Source: Nitrosopumilus sp.
Lineage (GTDB): Archaea > Thermoproteota > Nitrososphaeria > Nitrososphaerales > Nitrosopumilaceae
Reading direction: 5' to 3'
NCBI GenBank assembly: GCA_965203315.1
Contig: CBDBCE010000004.1
Location: 103,366-167,365, forward strand
Length of the DNA: 64,000 nt
In this document: one piece after another, positions 38,324 through 47,298 of the stretch
Layout of the letters: every line of letters starts with the position of its first letter
Numbering within the stretch: position 1 is the first letter of the stretch
Notes under the pieces: model-generated
What the model saw: only the letters and a program-made list of their open reading frames with translations
Databases searched by the model: none
Told to the model about the DNA's origin: nothing
Made by a program: the position numbers and the translations under genes

Positions 38324-39271
38324 ATGAATAAGGTACAAATCGCCACATCACGCTTGGTTGCTATACTCTTAGTGCCCGGCATAGTATTGGCACAAAACAC
38401 GGACACAAACCAATCCAAATCTGAGATTGAACCAGAAGATGATGCAGTTGGATCAACTGGTAATGTTGGCTTGACACAATATGAAAAGTTTATGTTAGAA
38501 AATACGCCCAGTTTACAAAATGTTTCTAAAGAGCAAAAAGACAATTATCTTCAAAAATTTAAAGAATTCAGAACAAGTTTATCTGGTTATGAAGCTAATA
38601 TAATGGACAAGTTGGAAGATTTAGCTATTGCTGAATCTGAACTAAAAGATGCAAAAGAATCAAATAAAGATGAAAAAACAATACAAAAATATGAATCTCT
38701 GAAGGCCTTGAGAATTTTTGAGTTGGAGGATCTTGGTGTTCCTACGACCGATAGACTAAATGCTAATCCTGACTATTGGATGAAAAAAGCTATTGCTGCA
38801 AAAAATTTCGTTGAAAATAATGACACGCAAAAAATTTCTGGAGAATATAATGACTCTACAATAACCTATGTCCATGCAACTAATTCTGCCCTAACACGAA
38901 CTTCTATTATCTGGGTTCCTTGCTGGAATAATAATTTTCAAGTAAGCTGTCCTAATCTTAATTGGGGGTGGAATACTGGCAGTACTACAACTGCATTTTG
39001 GTTCATTCCAACTGATGGCGCTATGAGTTTTGGAAGTCAGATATGTAATGACAAAAATATTGGACATGATAAAATTCATTACAGCGTGCGAATAGAACGT
39101 GATATTACCAGTATCTTTGGAACTTCATTGTATGATTATGATCGTACAACCATCGAAAGTCTTGATGCTGATAGTGTCCAATGTGATGATACAACGATAC
39201 ACAAATCTGTCAATGCTGGAAGTCGTGCAGACCTAACTACTTCTCTTAGTAACATTTCTGTTACTGGTTAA
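38324..39271 (+). CDS. secreted protein of unknown function (315 aa)
   Basis: Signal peptide MNKVQIATSRLVAILLVPGIVLAQ, a helical/coiled N-terminal half and a Cys-containing C-terminal half. No family recognised. Confidence 0.65.
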   Translation: MNKVQIATSRLVAILLVPGIVLAQNTDTNQSKSEIEPEDDAVGSTGNVGLTQYEKFMLENTPSLQNVSKEQKDNYLQKFKEFRTSLSGYEANIMDKLEDLAIAESELKDAKESNKDEKTIQKYESLKALRIFELEDLGVPTTDRLNANPDYWMKKAIAAKNFVENNDTQKISGEYNDSTITYVHATNSALTRTSIIWVPCWNNNFQVSCPNLNWGWNTGSTTTAFWFIPTDGAMSFGSQICNDKNIGHDKIHYSVRIERDITSIFGTSLYDYDRTTIESLDADSVQCDDTTIHKSVNAGSRADLTTSLSNISVTG

Positions 39272-39288
39272 CCATTCCTTTTTTAATT

Positions 39289-39555
39289 TTGACACCTAAA
39301 ACTAAAGTCATTATTGGCATTGTATTAGTTTTTATATCTGGATTATTATCAAGTTATTTTATTTCTGTAGTCTTAATAGAATTTGGCGGGGCTAGGTTAT
39401 ATGATGATATAAAAAATTCAAATGACATTACAGATGTCCAAAAACCTGATATGTATTTTATTGTTAGTTTACTTGTAACAGGAAGTTATGGATTACCATT
39501 TCTTATTATTGGTATTTATTTAATTATGGGTTCCGTTAACTTATCTAGAGTATAG
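39289..39555 (+). CDS. small membrane protein (88 aa, 2-3 TM)
   Basis: Track ORF (TTG start) 17 nt after the secreted-protein gene. Hydrophobic helices VIIGIVLVFISGLLSSYFISVVLI and YFIVSLLVTGSYGLPFLIIGIYLIMG. Confidence 0.5.
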   Translation: MTPKTKVIIGIVLVFISGLLSSYFISVVLIEFGGARLYDDIKNSNDITDVQKPDMYFIVSLLVTGSYGLPFLIIGIYLIMGSVNLSRV

Positions 39556-39556
39556 T

Positions 39557-39657
39557 AGACTGTATGCGTATTATTAAGAATGACCATGTCCAATCATCAA
39601 ACATGATAACATGAACCAATTTGCCTCTAGAAATCACACTTGTGTTTTATGTACTGT
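39557..39657 (+). mobile_element. MITE-B-like terminus (first 100 bp or so only), contiguous with the transposase remnant
   Basis: AGACTGTATGCGTATTATTAAGAATGACCATG...CAATTTGCCTCTAGAAATCACACTTGTGTTTTATGTACTG. The sequence then diverges from the MITE and runs into the 3' end of the rve ORF. Confidence 0.75.
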
Positions 39658-39669
39658 CTTGTACTGAAA

Positions 39670-40390
39670 TTATTTAAATTCAGAGTTTTCGTTTGCCCAG
39701 TTGGGATTCTTTCTAATTTTGGCACTGGCACGTTTATTTTTAAATGCCTTCAGAGGTGTTTCGCCGTTATCAATATATAGTGAGAAATAAAGTCTGTCTT
39801 TGTTATAGTAATTGATGTATACTCTTATGCTCTTGGAATGTTTAATTTCTGATTCAAATGTTCCAAAGAATCTCTCCAATTTGCCATTAGTCTGAGGATG
39901 ATTTGCTCTTGCAAGTATTTGTTTTATTTTTCGTTTGCTTAATTCTGCTTCAAATAATGTAAGTTTTTTACGCCCGTTCTTTGGTTTTTTAGCAGATGTA
40001 AATTGCGTTCCACGATCAGATAGTATCTGTGCCGGTACGCCAAACTTTTTGATAGCTTTTCTCAACACACTGACCACATTTGCTGACGTTGCATGTTTAA
40101 AGACCCCAAAACCTGTGATGCATCTAGAAGCATCGTCTAGGTAGCAAATCAGGTATAGAGTTCCCCCATCTTGGGTCATCTATTGCGTGCCAGTCTACAT
40201 GCCACATGGCGTTAGAGTATTTCCTCTCAAAACGAATCTAGCTCCGACGTTTTCGCTTTGTAGGTGATGGAGTGATTAGACCCTTTTCGTACATTATCTT
40301 TCGTACATTATCTTTCGTACATCTCTGTAACTGATTTGTATGCGCAAACGTCGTAATTCTTTTGTAATACGAACTACACCAAAATGATTA
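39670..40390 (-). pseudogene. rve (DDE integrase-core) transposase, frameshifted
   Basis: The track ORF 39670-40179 has ILSDRGTQF and HPQTNGKLERFF. The first-D region NAMWHVDWHAIDD lies upstream in another frame. The HTH-like part (VVRITKELRRLRIQISYRDVRKIMYE...) lies in a third frame, interrupted by a 14-bp tandem duplication. Confidence 0.8.
40287..40324 (-). repeat. about 2.7 copies of a 14-bp tandem duplication (TCGTACATTATCTT) inside the transposase remnant
   Basis: TCGTACATTATCTT TCGTACATTATCTT TCGTACATCT. A 14-bp unit shifts the frame. Confidence 0.85.
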
Positions 40391-40416
40391 TTTTGTAGTT
40401 AATTCTAACCTTTCTC

Positions 40417-43400
40417 ATGGTTCATGTGAAAAAGGTTGAGATCTTTGGGTTCAAATCGTTCGGTTTTAAAAAGACTGAAGTGACGTTTGAGCCTGGTCTC
40501 ATGTCGATCTCTGGCCCAAACGGATCTGGCAAGAGCAACATCTTGGACGCAATAATCTTTGCGATGGGTGAGAACAAGCCAAGGATGATGAGGGTTGATC
40601 GGCTTCGCGCACTAATCCATGATATTCCAGGCAATAAACGTGGTCCGTTGCTAGCTAGATCTAGCGTGCACTTTGACAATCATGATAGAAAGATCCCATT
40701 ATCTCTCGACACTGTCGTAATAACCCGTGAGATGGATGAGGGTGGTGAGAGTACATACTTTCTGAACGGTAAAAAAGAGGCTAGAAATAGAATCTTGAGC
40801 CTGCTTGATATGGCAAATGCTGGTATTGGCCAACTCAATGCTGTACAACAAGGAACTGTAACTAGAATATCCGAGTTTACATCTGATGAACGACGCAAGA
40901 CCATTGAGGACATGATCGGTCTATCTTATTTTGACGAACAAAAGATTGCTGCTGAAAAAAAGTTACATGATGCAGATCAAAAACTACAAATATCTTTTGC
41001 AAAGATGGATGAGATCAAGCACAATATTGATCAACTCGATGAGGATCGTAATCAAAAACTTCGTTATGATCTACTGGTATGTGAACTAGAACGATACAAA
41101 GCTGTTGCTGCGGCTGATAGCATGTACAAGATATCATTGCATGTATCAGACAAGAACTCAAAACTGTCTGATATCAAACTTGTCATAAATGATCTTCAAT
41201 CTAGACAGAATGCGATAGATTATGATATTTTACAGATCGAAGATGCTAGATCAAAACTACTTGAAAAGACTAAATCTCATGAACGAGAAAAAGCTGCACT
41301 AGAACGTGAGATCAGTTCTGCTGTTTATGGATCTAGAGAGTATGAGAGCAGGATCGAGTCAATAAAGAAACGCATGTCGTCAATCGATACTAGGCTTCCA
41401 GAGATCGATCTAGAGATAAAACAAAGACAATCCGATCGTGACATGTTGCAGCAAAGTTTAGATGACACTAGAAAACTAGTTGAAACTCTTAGCGTTGAGA
41501 TATCTAAAATTGATCAAAGAAAGATTACTACAACATTAGATAAAAATAAACTCTATGCTCAAGAAGCAGACATAGCAGCAAAAAGGGACGAGCTAAATGA
41601 AAAGATTCGTAGTTTGCAATCACAACGTAATGATATCGTTCAAAAGCGTGGAGAATCAGAGACTGCATTAAAACATTACAATGATCTCATAGCAAAAAAT
41701 ACTGCAAAACATCTAGCTCTAACTAATGGAATTGAACTGCTTAATATTCAAAGTAAAAGACTCAAGTCCAGCATTGAGAATCACGATAGCACTGTTATTA
41801 CATTAAATTCTAGGATTGCAAAACATACTGCAAAAAAGAACAAACTAGAGAGTTCTGTTAAAAAACTGGATACCATCTTAGATACATCTAGTCACGCTGT
41901 AACTAAACATGAATCAAAATTAAATATGGTAAAAAAACTTATGCATGAAGATTATTCCATCGCAAAACTAAAAGAGAATGCAGATACCCTTGGAATTCTC
42001 GGTCTAGTCTATGAGGTAATATCGTGGAATCAAGAGTATGAGCGTGCAATCATCGCAGCTAGTTCTGATTGGATAAAAGCAATAATTGTTAGAGATTTTA
42101 CAACGATGCTTGGTATCGGTGAAGCAGTACGTCTCAAAAATCTTCCAAAGATAAAGATCATTCCTCTAGACACTATACCGCCTCTTAAAATATCGATCCC
42201 CAAGGGACATGGTATTTTGGGTTCTCTATCTGACTATGTACAATGCGATGATACATATGTTGCACTTAAGACATTCCTCTTTGGTGGAATAATCCTTACC
42301 GATACTCGCGAGTCAGCACTTGGGTTATCTAAACGAGGATACAAAACAGTGACTACTAGTGGAGAATTCTTTGAAGCTAGAGGGGGACCAATTATAATTG
42401 ATATTAACTCAAAGATATCAAAACTGACTAAACTCATCTCAGCTGGAAGTAGCATCGACGAACTCACCAAATACATTAGAGCCCTTAAAAGAGCACAACA
42501 AAAAAAGATACGTGGTATACAAAAGATCGACAAACACATAAAATCTGACTATGATCGACTAGCTCTTACTAGATCAACTCTAACTAATGCCCAGTTTACA
42601 TACAATCAACTACAAAACACAATCTCATCAAAAGAACAAATTAAAATGAAACTCTCTGCAGAGATCGACAAACAGAGCGCACAAAAGGCTATACATGAAT
42701 CTGACATACAGAAAAGTATTCCACTCATTGAATCGATCGACCAAGATATTGCTCTAGTTAAAAAGAACTATTCTATAGGACAAAATAGTCAAATTGATAC
42801 AGAACTACGTGAAATAAACACTAGACTCCAAGAGATTGATGATGAATACAACAAATTAGAACAGAATTATCGTAATGTATCTAATGACTTGGTCCGACTC
42901 GAGTCCAAAGACAATCAGTACCAATCTGATATAAACATGCTTCATAAAGAGATACGTGATATAACTTCTGAAAAGACGTCATTATCTGAACAGATTGAAA
43001 CTGTCACTGCACAACATGCCTCTCAACAAAAAGTTTTATCTGATTTAAGAGATAGAGAGCAAGAGTTTATTGCAACACAAGGTGTATCTGCTGATATAGA
43101 AAGATATGATAGACAGCTCTCCATAAAACGTAATCATAAAGATGTACTTTACAAAGATATTCACTCTTTAGATAAAGCAGAGACTTCTATCTCTAGAGAT
43201 CTGCGAGAACTGCACTCTAAACAGAATGATCTCCAAAAGATACTCACTGTGTCTGGTTTTAAAGCATCTGTAGCAACATTTGATGTTGCAACAATAATTC
43301 AAGAACTGCAATCTGAGATTAATACTATTGGTCAACTCAATGCTAAGGCTCCAGAATCATATCTTGAAATATCATCTGGTTATCGTTCGATGTCTAGCAG

Positions 43401-43929
43401 AAAGAATATCCTCGAAGGAGAACGAGATCGTATAGTGAACTTTATTAATGATATTGAAAAAGATAAGCGCCAAAAGTTTTTTAGTGCGTTTGAGCTAGTA
43501 GACAAAGAGATTCGTCTTATATTTAATACGATGACCGGTGGTGAAGCATGGTTGGAACTACAAGATGAGGTTGATATATTCAACTCTGGTATATCGTATC
43601 TGATTCAATTTCCAAATAAACCAAAACGTGAATCTACATCAATAAGCGGTGGTGAAAAGACGCTAGCGGCCATAGTATTCGTCCTCGCGCTTCAGAGATT
43701 ACAACCATCTCCATTTTATCTATTTGATGAAGTGGATGCACATCTTGATGGTCCAAACGCTGAACGCTTATCAAATATTCTTGCAGAAAGATCAAAACAG
43801 AGCCAATTTCTGATGGTGTCTCTAAAAGACTCTGTTGTCGAAAAGGCACAAAAGATCTATGGTGTATTTCCAAAGAATGGTGTGTCTAACGTGATCGTAT
43901 ACAAAGACAAAAAGATACCACAGCTGTGA
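40417..43929 (+). CDS. smc: chromosome segregation protein SMC
   Basis: 1170 aa. Contains FKSFG...GPNGSGKSNILDAIIFAMG and long coiled coils. The hinge reads GILGLVYEVISWNQEYERAIIAASS, and the C-terminal end reads LSGGEKTLAAIVFVLALQ...LFDEVDAHLD. Confidence 0.9.
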   Translation: MVHVKKVEIFGFKSFGFKKTEVTFEPGLMSISGPNGSGKSNILDAIIFAMGENKPRMMRVDRLRALIHDIPGNKRGPLLARSSVHFDNHDRKIPLSLDTVVITREMDEGGESTYFLNGKKEARNRILSLLDMANAGIGQLNAVQQGTVTRISEFTSDERRKTIEDMIGLSYFDEQKIAAEKKLHDADQKLQISFAKMDEIKHNIDQLDEDRNQKLRYDLLVCELERYKAVAAADSMYKISLHVSDKNSKLSDIKLVINDLQSRQNAIDYDILQIEDARSKLLEKTKSHEREKAALEREISSAVYGSREYESRIESIKKRMSSIDTRLPEIDLEIKQRQSDRDMLQQSLDDTRKLVETLSVEISKIDQRKITTTLDKNKLYAQEADIAAKRDELNEKIRSLQSQRNDIVQKRGESETALKHYNDLIAKNTAKHLALTNGIELLNIQSKRLKSSIENHDSTVITLNSRIAKHTAKKNKLESSVKKLDTILDTSSHAVTKHESKLNMVKKLMHEDYSIAKLKENADTLGILGLVYEVISWNQEYERAIIAASSDWIKAIIVRDFTTMLGIGEAVRLKNLPKIKIIPLDTIPPLKISIPKGHGILGSLSDYVQCDDTYVALKTFLFGGIILTDTRESALGLSKRGYKTVTTSGEFFEARGGPIIIDINSKISKLTKLISAGSSIDELTKYIRALKRAQQKKIRGIQKIDKHIKSDYDRLALTRSTLTNAQFTYNQLQNTISSKEQIKMKLSAEIDKQSAQKAIHESDIQKSIPLIESIDQDIALVKKNYSIGQNSQIDTELREINTRLQEIDDEYNKLEQNYRNVSNDLVRLESKDNQYQSDINMLHKEIRDITSEKTSLSEQIETVTAQHASQQKVLSDLRDREQEFIATQGVSADIERYDRQLSIKRNHKDVLYKDIHSLDKAETSISRDLRELHSKQNDLQKILTVSGFKASVATFDVATIIQELQSEINTIGQLNAKAPESYLEISSGYRSMSSRKNILEGERDRIVNFINDIEKDKRQKFFSAFELVDKEIRLIFNTMTGGEAWLELQDEVDIFNSGISYLIQFPNKPKRESTSISGGEKTLAAIVFVLALQRLQPSPFYLFDEVDAHLDGPNAERLSNILAERSKQSQFLMVSLKDSVVEKAQKIYGVFPKNGVSNVIVYKDKKIPQL

Positions 43930-43966
43930 TCGTCTAGCGATAATGTCTAAAGACGAATCTATATCT

Positions 43967-44932
43967 CTAATCGAGATCAATATGACACGATATGTGATGC
44001 GTATCTGTGATCTGACGTAACTTTGGTTCGACCTCACACTCTTTTATTGCATGCGGACATCTTGCTCTAAATTTACATCCCTCTAGTATCTGTGATGACT
44101 CTATGATTTTGATCTCTTTGGTCTTTGATAGATTTTCTGGATCAGGTTCTGATATTGCGCTTATCAAGGCTTGCGTGTATGGATGTTTTGGATTATCTAA
44201 TACTTTTTGTATCGGTCCTATCTCAACTATGCTTCCTTGATACATCACTGCAATATTGTCTCCAAAATGTCTGGCAGTTGCAAGATCATGTGTGATGTAG
44301 ATGAATGTTATGTTGTTTTTGGTTTGCAGATCTTTCATCAACTCTAAAATCTCTGCTCTTATTGAGACATCTAGCATAGATACTGGTTCATCTGCTATAA
44401 TTATTCTCGGCTTCAATATCAATGCTCTTGCTAGTACAACGCGTTGTCTCTGTCCTCCTGAGAGCATATGTGGATATCTATTGAGGATATCTTTTACTGA
44501 TTCAAGCTTTACTTCACTCAGAACCTCTAGTAACCGTCCTCTTCGTTCTTTGGTATTTTTAGTACTGTGAATCTCTAATGGCTCAGATATGATATCTTTT
44601 ACTTTCATTCTCGGATTGATCGAGTCGTATGGATCTTGTTGTACCATCTGGCAGTTTGCTCTAATCTCTTCTAGATTTGATTCGTCACTATGTACACCAT
44701 CAAAGTATATCTTACCCGAATCTGGTTCTATTGCTCTTAGAATCAATCTTGCTATGGTAGATTTACCAGAACCTGACTCTCCTGCTATTACAAACACTTC
44801 ATTCTGTTTAATTGAGAAAGATGCATCATCTACTGCCCGAACTCTAATCTCTGGTCCTAAAAATCCCTTCTTGACAAAATGTTTTGTTAAATGTTCTACT
44901 CGAAGTATCTCAGTGGTGTTATTTGATATCAC
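43967..44932 (-). CDS. ABC transporter ATP-binding protein, oligopeptide/dipeptide (OppF/DppF type)
   Basis: GESGSGKST, LSGGQRQRV, IIADEPVSMLD, and the C-terminal KHPYTQALI...CKFRARCP. Confidence 0.85.
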   Translation of the reverse strand: MISNNTTEILRVEHLTKHFVKKGFLGPEIRVRAVDDASFSIKQNEVFVIAGESGSGKSTIARLILRAIEPDSGKIYFDGVHSDESNLEEIRANCQMVQQDPYDSINPRMKVKDIISEPLEIHSTKNTKERRGRLLEVLSEVKLESVKDILNRYPHMLSGGQRQRVVLARALILKPRIIIADEPVSMLDVSIRAEILELMKDLQTKNNITFIYITHDLATARHFGDNIAVMYQGSIVEIGPIQKVLDNPKHPYTQALISAISEPDPENLSKTKEIKIIESSQILEGCKFRARCPHAIKECEVEPKLRQITDTHHISCHIDLD

Positions 44933-45109
44933 TGGTGTGCATTAGACTCACTAGTATATCATTCATCTCTTTATTAGAGAGTCTGCATTTGATTGGTTCC
45001 TTTTAACTCATGGGGAGGAGGGCGGAGTGACTATGGAGTGTTATGAATGTCGTGTCAAACAATGTGTGTTGATTGGAATGATCTTGCAATGACCTTTGGT
45101 TACCGATAT

Positions 45110-45195
45110 GGATCTCTTCGGTTTATGTGGGATGATATTGTACAAGACTGTTCTCACTGAATTTTCTCTATAGAATCATGTAGTACTTTTTCTGT
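45110..45195 (+). mobile_element. MITE-A copy 4, with the 3' third replaced by a MITE-B insertion
   Basis: GGATCTCTTCGGTTTATGTGGGATGATATTGTACAAGACTG...TTTTTCTGTAG, then directly AGACTGTATGC (MITE-B). Confidence 0.75.
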
Positions 45196-45337
45196 AGACT
45201 GTATGCATATTTCTTATGTCTCGTATATGTTTTGAGGTACAATGAAACACACATGTGTGATTTCTAAAGGCAAATTGGTTCATTGTTACCATGTTTGATG
45301 ATTGGGTATGACACTCTCAATAATACGCATACAGTCT
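45196..45337 (-). mobile_element. MITE-B copy 5
   Basis: AGACTGTATGCATATTTCTTATG...GGCAAATTGGTTC...CAATAATACGCATACAGTCT. Confidence 0.85.
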
Positions 45338-45391
45338 ACTGAACAGTTGAACAACGCAATAAAGAAAATTGAAGAACTGGAATACCAATAA

Positions 45392-45718
45392 TCAAGTCAC
45401 ATTTTCATCTTGTAATCTAGTTTTAACTTTCATAGAGTCGCCTAATTTGAATCCACTTCTATTTGTGTATAAATGAGCAAGGAACTGAAACAATACCTCC
45501 AACATACCTTTCTTCTTGAATGTCCTTATAGCTTTGTAATGGCAGAAACTATGGTTGACAGAATTCTTTGACATAATATCATCTAAAATAGAATTTAACA
45601 TAGCTCTTTGTTCTGAATCTAAATTGCATATTACGACATGAGAAATAGGTGCTTTATCTTGATGATTTGGTTTCGATAAATGCATATTCACTATAATATC
45701 ATCAGACATGTAGATCAT
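45392..45718 (-). CDS. hypothetical protein (108 aa) between two inverted MITE-B copies
   Basis: Track ORF with a TATA-like TTATAAAC about 20 nt upstream of the ATG. No family recognised. Confidence 0.45.
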   Translation of the reverse strand: MIYMSDDIIVNMHLSKPNHQDKAPISHVVICNLDSEQRAMLNSILDDIMSKNSVNHSFCHYKAIRTFKKKGMLEVLFQFLAHLYTNRSGFKLGDSMKVKTRLQDENVT

Positions 45719-45746
45719 ATATTGAATCTTGTTTATAATAGTTGTT

Positions 45747-45759
45747 GGGGGGGGGGGGG
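45747..45759 (+). repeat. G13 homopolymer next to a TATA-like element
   Basis: TTGTTTATAATAGTTGTT-GGGGGGGGGGGGG-TCTGTTAC. On the minus strand the C13 run lies just upstream of the TATA element of ORF 45392-45718. Confidence 0.95.
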
Positions 45760-45985
45760 TCTGTTACATCTTCGAGACCTGAGAATTTAGGTATAAAACC
45801 AGATCGCAATAATGTGATAATGGTACGATGTTATATTCCATTTGATCGTTCTAGATCGATTCTGTAGTTCGGGAGATTGAAATTTGAGGACTAGAGATCG
45901 CAAAATCTGGGATCCAAAGAATCACTAGATTGATTAAAATCCAATCTTGAGCACTAGTTCGCATACTATATCATACTATCATACT

Positions 45986-46124
45986 AGACTGTCTGCGTAT
46001 TATTGAGTGCTCATGTCCAATCATCAAACATGGTAACAATGAATCAATTTGCCTTTGGAAATTACACATGTGTTTTACTGTACCTTAAAATGTGCATATG
46101 ATGTAAGAAATACACATACAGTCT
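45986..46124 (+). mobile_element. MITE-B copy 6
   Basis: AGACTGTCTGCGTATTATTGAGTGCTCATG...AAGAAATACACATACAGTCT. Confidence 0.85.
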
Positions 46125-46257
46125 CATGATAATTTTACTATGAGTATAATTCCACGAACTCTCCTAAATTCTAAATACCCTCGATGAGTTACAAGAACCT
46201 GCATCAAGCAACAGATTATGGTTAGATCTGAACTATTCATTTATGTGATGCTATTAT

Positions 46258-47298
46258 GTGCATGCCTATGTGAGCGATGTCTCAAACAGTACATACAAGA
46301 GATACGTTGTGGATCCAAGACTACGTTACTTTAAACCTCATACTGCTACAATTGACGAAAACTTTGCTGACGAGGTTACTTTTGGCCTGACATCCGTACC
46401 TCGTTTCATTCTACCAAAATTTTTCTATGACTCATATGGCTCAAAACTCTTTGATGAGATATGTTCTTTACCGGAATATTACTTGACTCGAGCCGAGATC
46501 TCTATACTGCGTGACATACGCACAAAACTTGGTCTCTTTCTAGATAGTGATACTAGATTGGTAGAACTAGGTAGTGGAACATCTACCAAAACTCGTCTTC
46601 TTTTGGACATACTGTTTGATATTACTTTAGATGTAGAGTACTTTCCAATAGATATCTCTGATATTCTGACAGAGAGCTCGGAGCTTTTGTTACGTGATTA
46701 TCCACAGCTACGTGTAACTGGCATAATTGATACTTTTGATGGCGGGCTAGAATTTTTACAGACTTTTGATAAAAAAAGAAATCTCTTGATCTTTCTCGGC
46801 TCGAGCTTTGGAAACTTTGCTCCTGAGCAGGGCCGTGCTTTTTTACAAAAGATCTATGACATCATAAAGCCAGGAGATCTATTTTTGATTGGACTAGATC
46901 TAGTAAAAGACGTAAATATTATTGAAGCGGCTTATAACGATCTACAAGGCGTCACAGCAAAATTTAATCTAAATGTCCTGTCTAGAATTAATAATGAACT
47001 CGATGCTGACTTTGTTCTAGACAACTTTGAACATTATGCATTTTATAATCCTGACCTTCAACGAGTTGAGATGTATATACGTTCATTAACAAACCAATCG
47101 GTTATAGCGACAAAAACCAATATGAAGTTATTACTAAAAAATAACGAATTGATTCATACAGAATTTTCATACAAGTATAAACAATCCCAAATTCATACGC
47201 TTTTATCTGATGTAGGGTTTGATGTAAAACAGATGTGGACTGACAAAGATAATCTATTCTCATTGACTCTGGCTTCTAAACCTAATCTGCACATCTAA
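46258..47298 (+). CDS. egtD: L-histidine N-alpha-methyltransferase (ergothioneine biosynthesis EgtD)
   Basis: FYDSYGSKLFDEICSLPEYYLTRAEISILRD...LVELGSGTSTKTRLLLD...GLDLVKD is the EgtD/TIGR03438-type pattern. The exact start is uncertain (GTG in the track). Confidence 0.8.
   Translation: MHAYVSDVSNSTYKRYVVDPRLRYFKPHTATIDENFADEVTFGLTSVPRFILPKFFYDSYGSKLFDEICSLPEYYLTRAEISILRDIRTKLGLFLDSDTRLVELGSGTSTKTRLLLDILFDITLDVEYFPIDISDILTESSELLLRDYPQLRVTGIIDTFDGGLEFLQTFDKKRNLLIFLGSSFGNFAPEQGRAFLQKIYDIIKPGDLFLIGLDLVKDVNIIEAAYNDLQGVTAKFNLNVLSRINNELDADFVLDNFEHYAFYNPDLQRVEMYIRSLTNQSVIATKTNMKLLLKNNELIHTEFSYKYKQSQIHTLLSDVGFDVKQMWTDKDNLFSLTLASKPNLHI

Noticed and set aside
40417-43929. SMC-like gene next to a dead IS as a possible defence SMC (Wadjet/Lamassu-type)
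   Set aside because: It has the canonical SMC head, full-length coiled coils and a hinge, at a typical 1170 aa. No JetA/B/D- or LmuA-like partners are adjacent. I interpret it as the housekeeping SMC.
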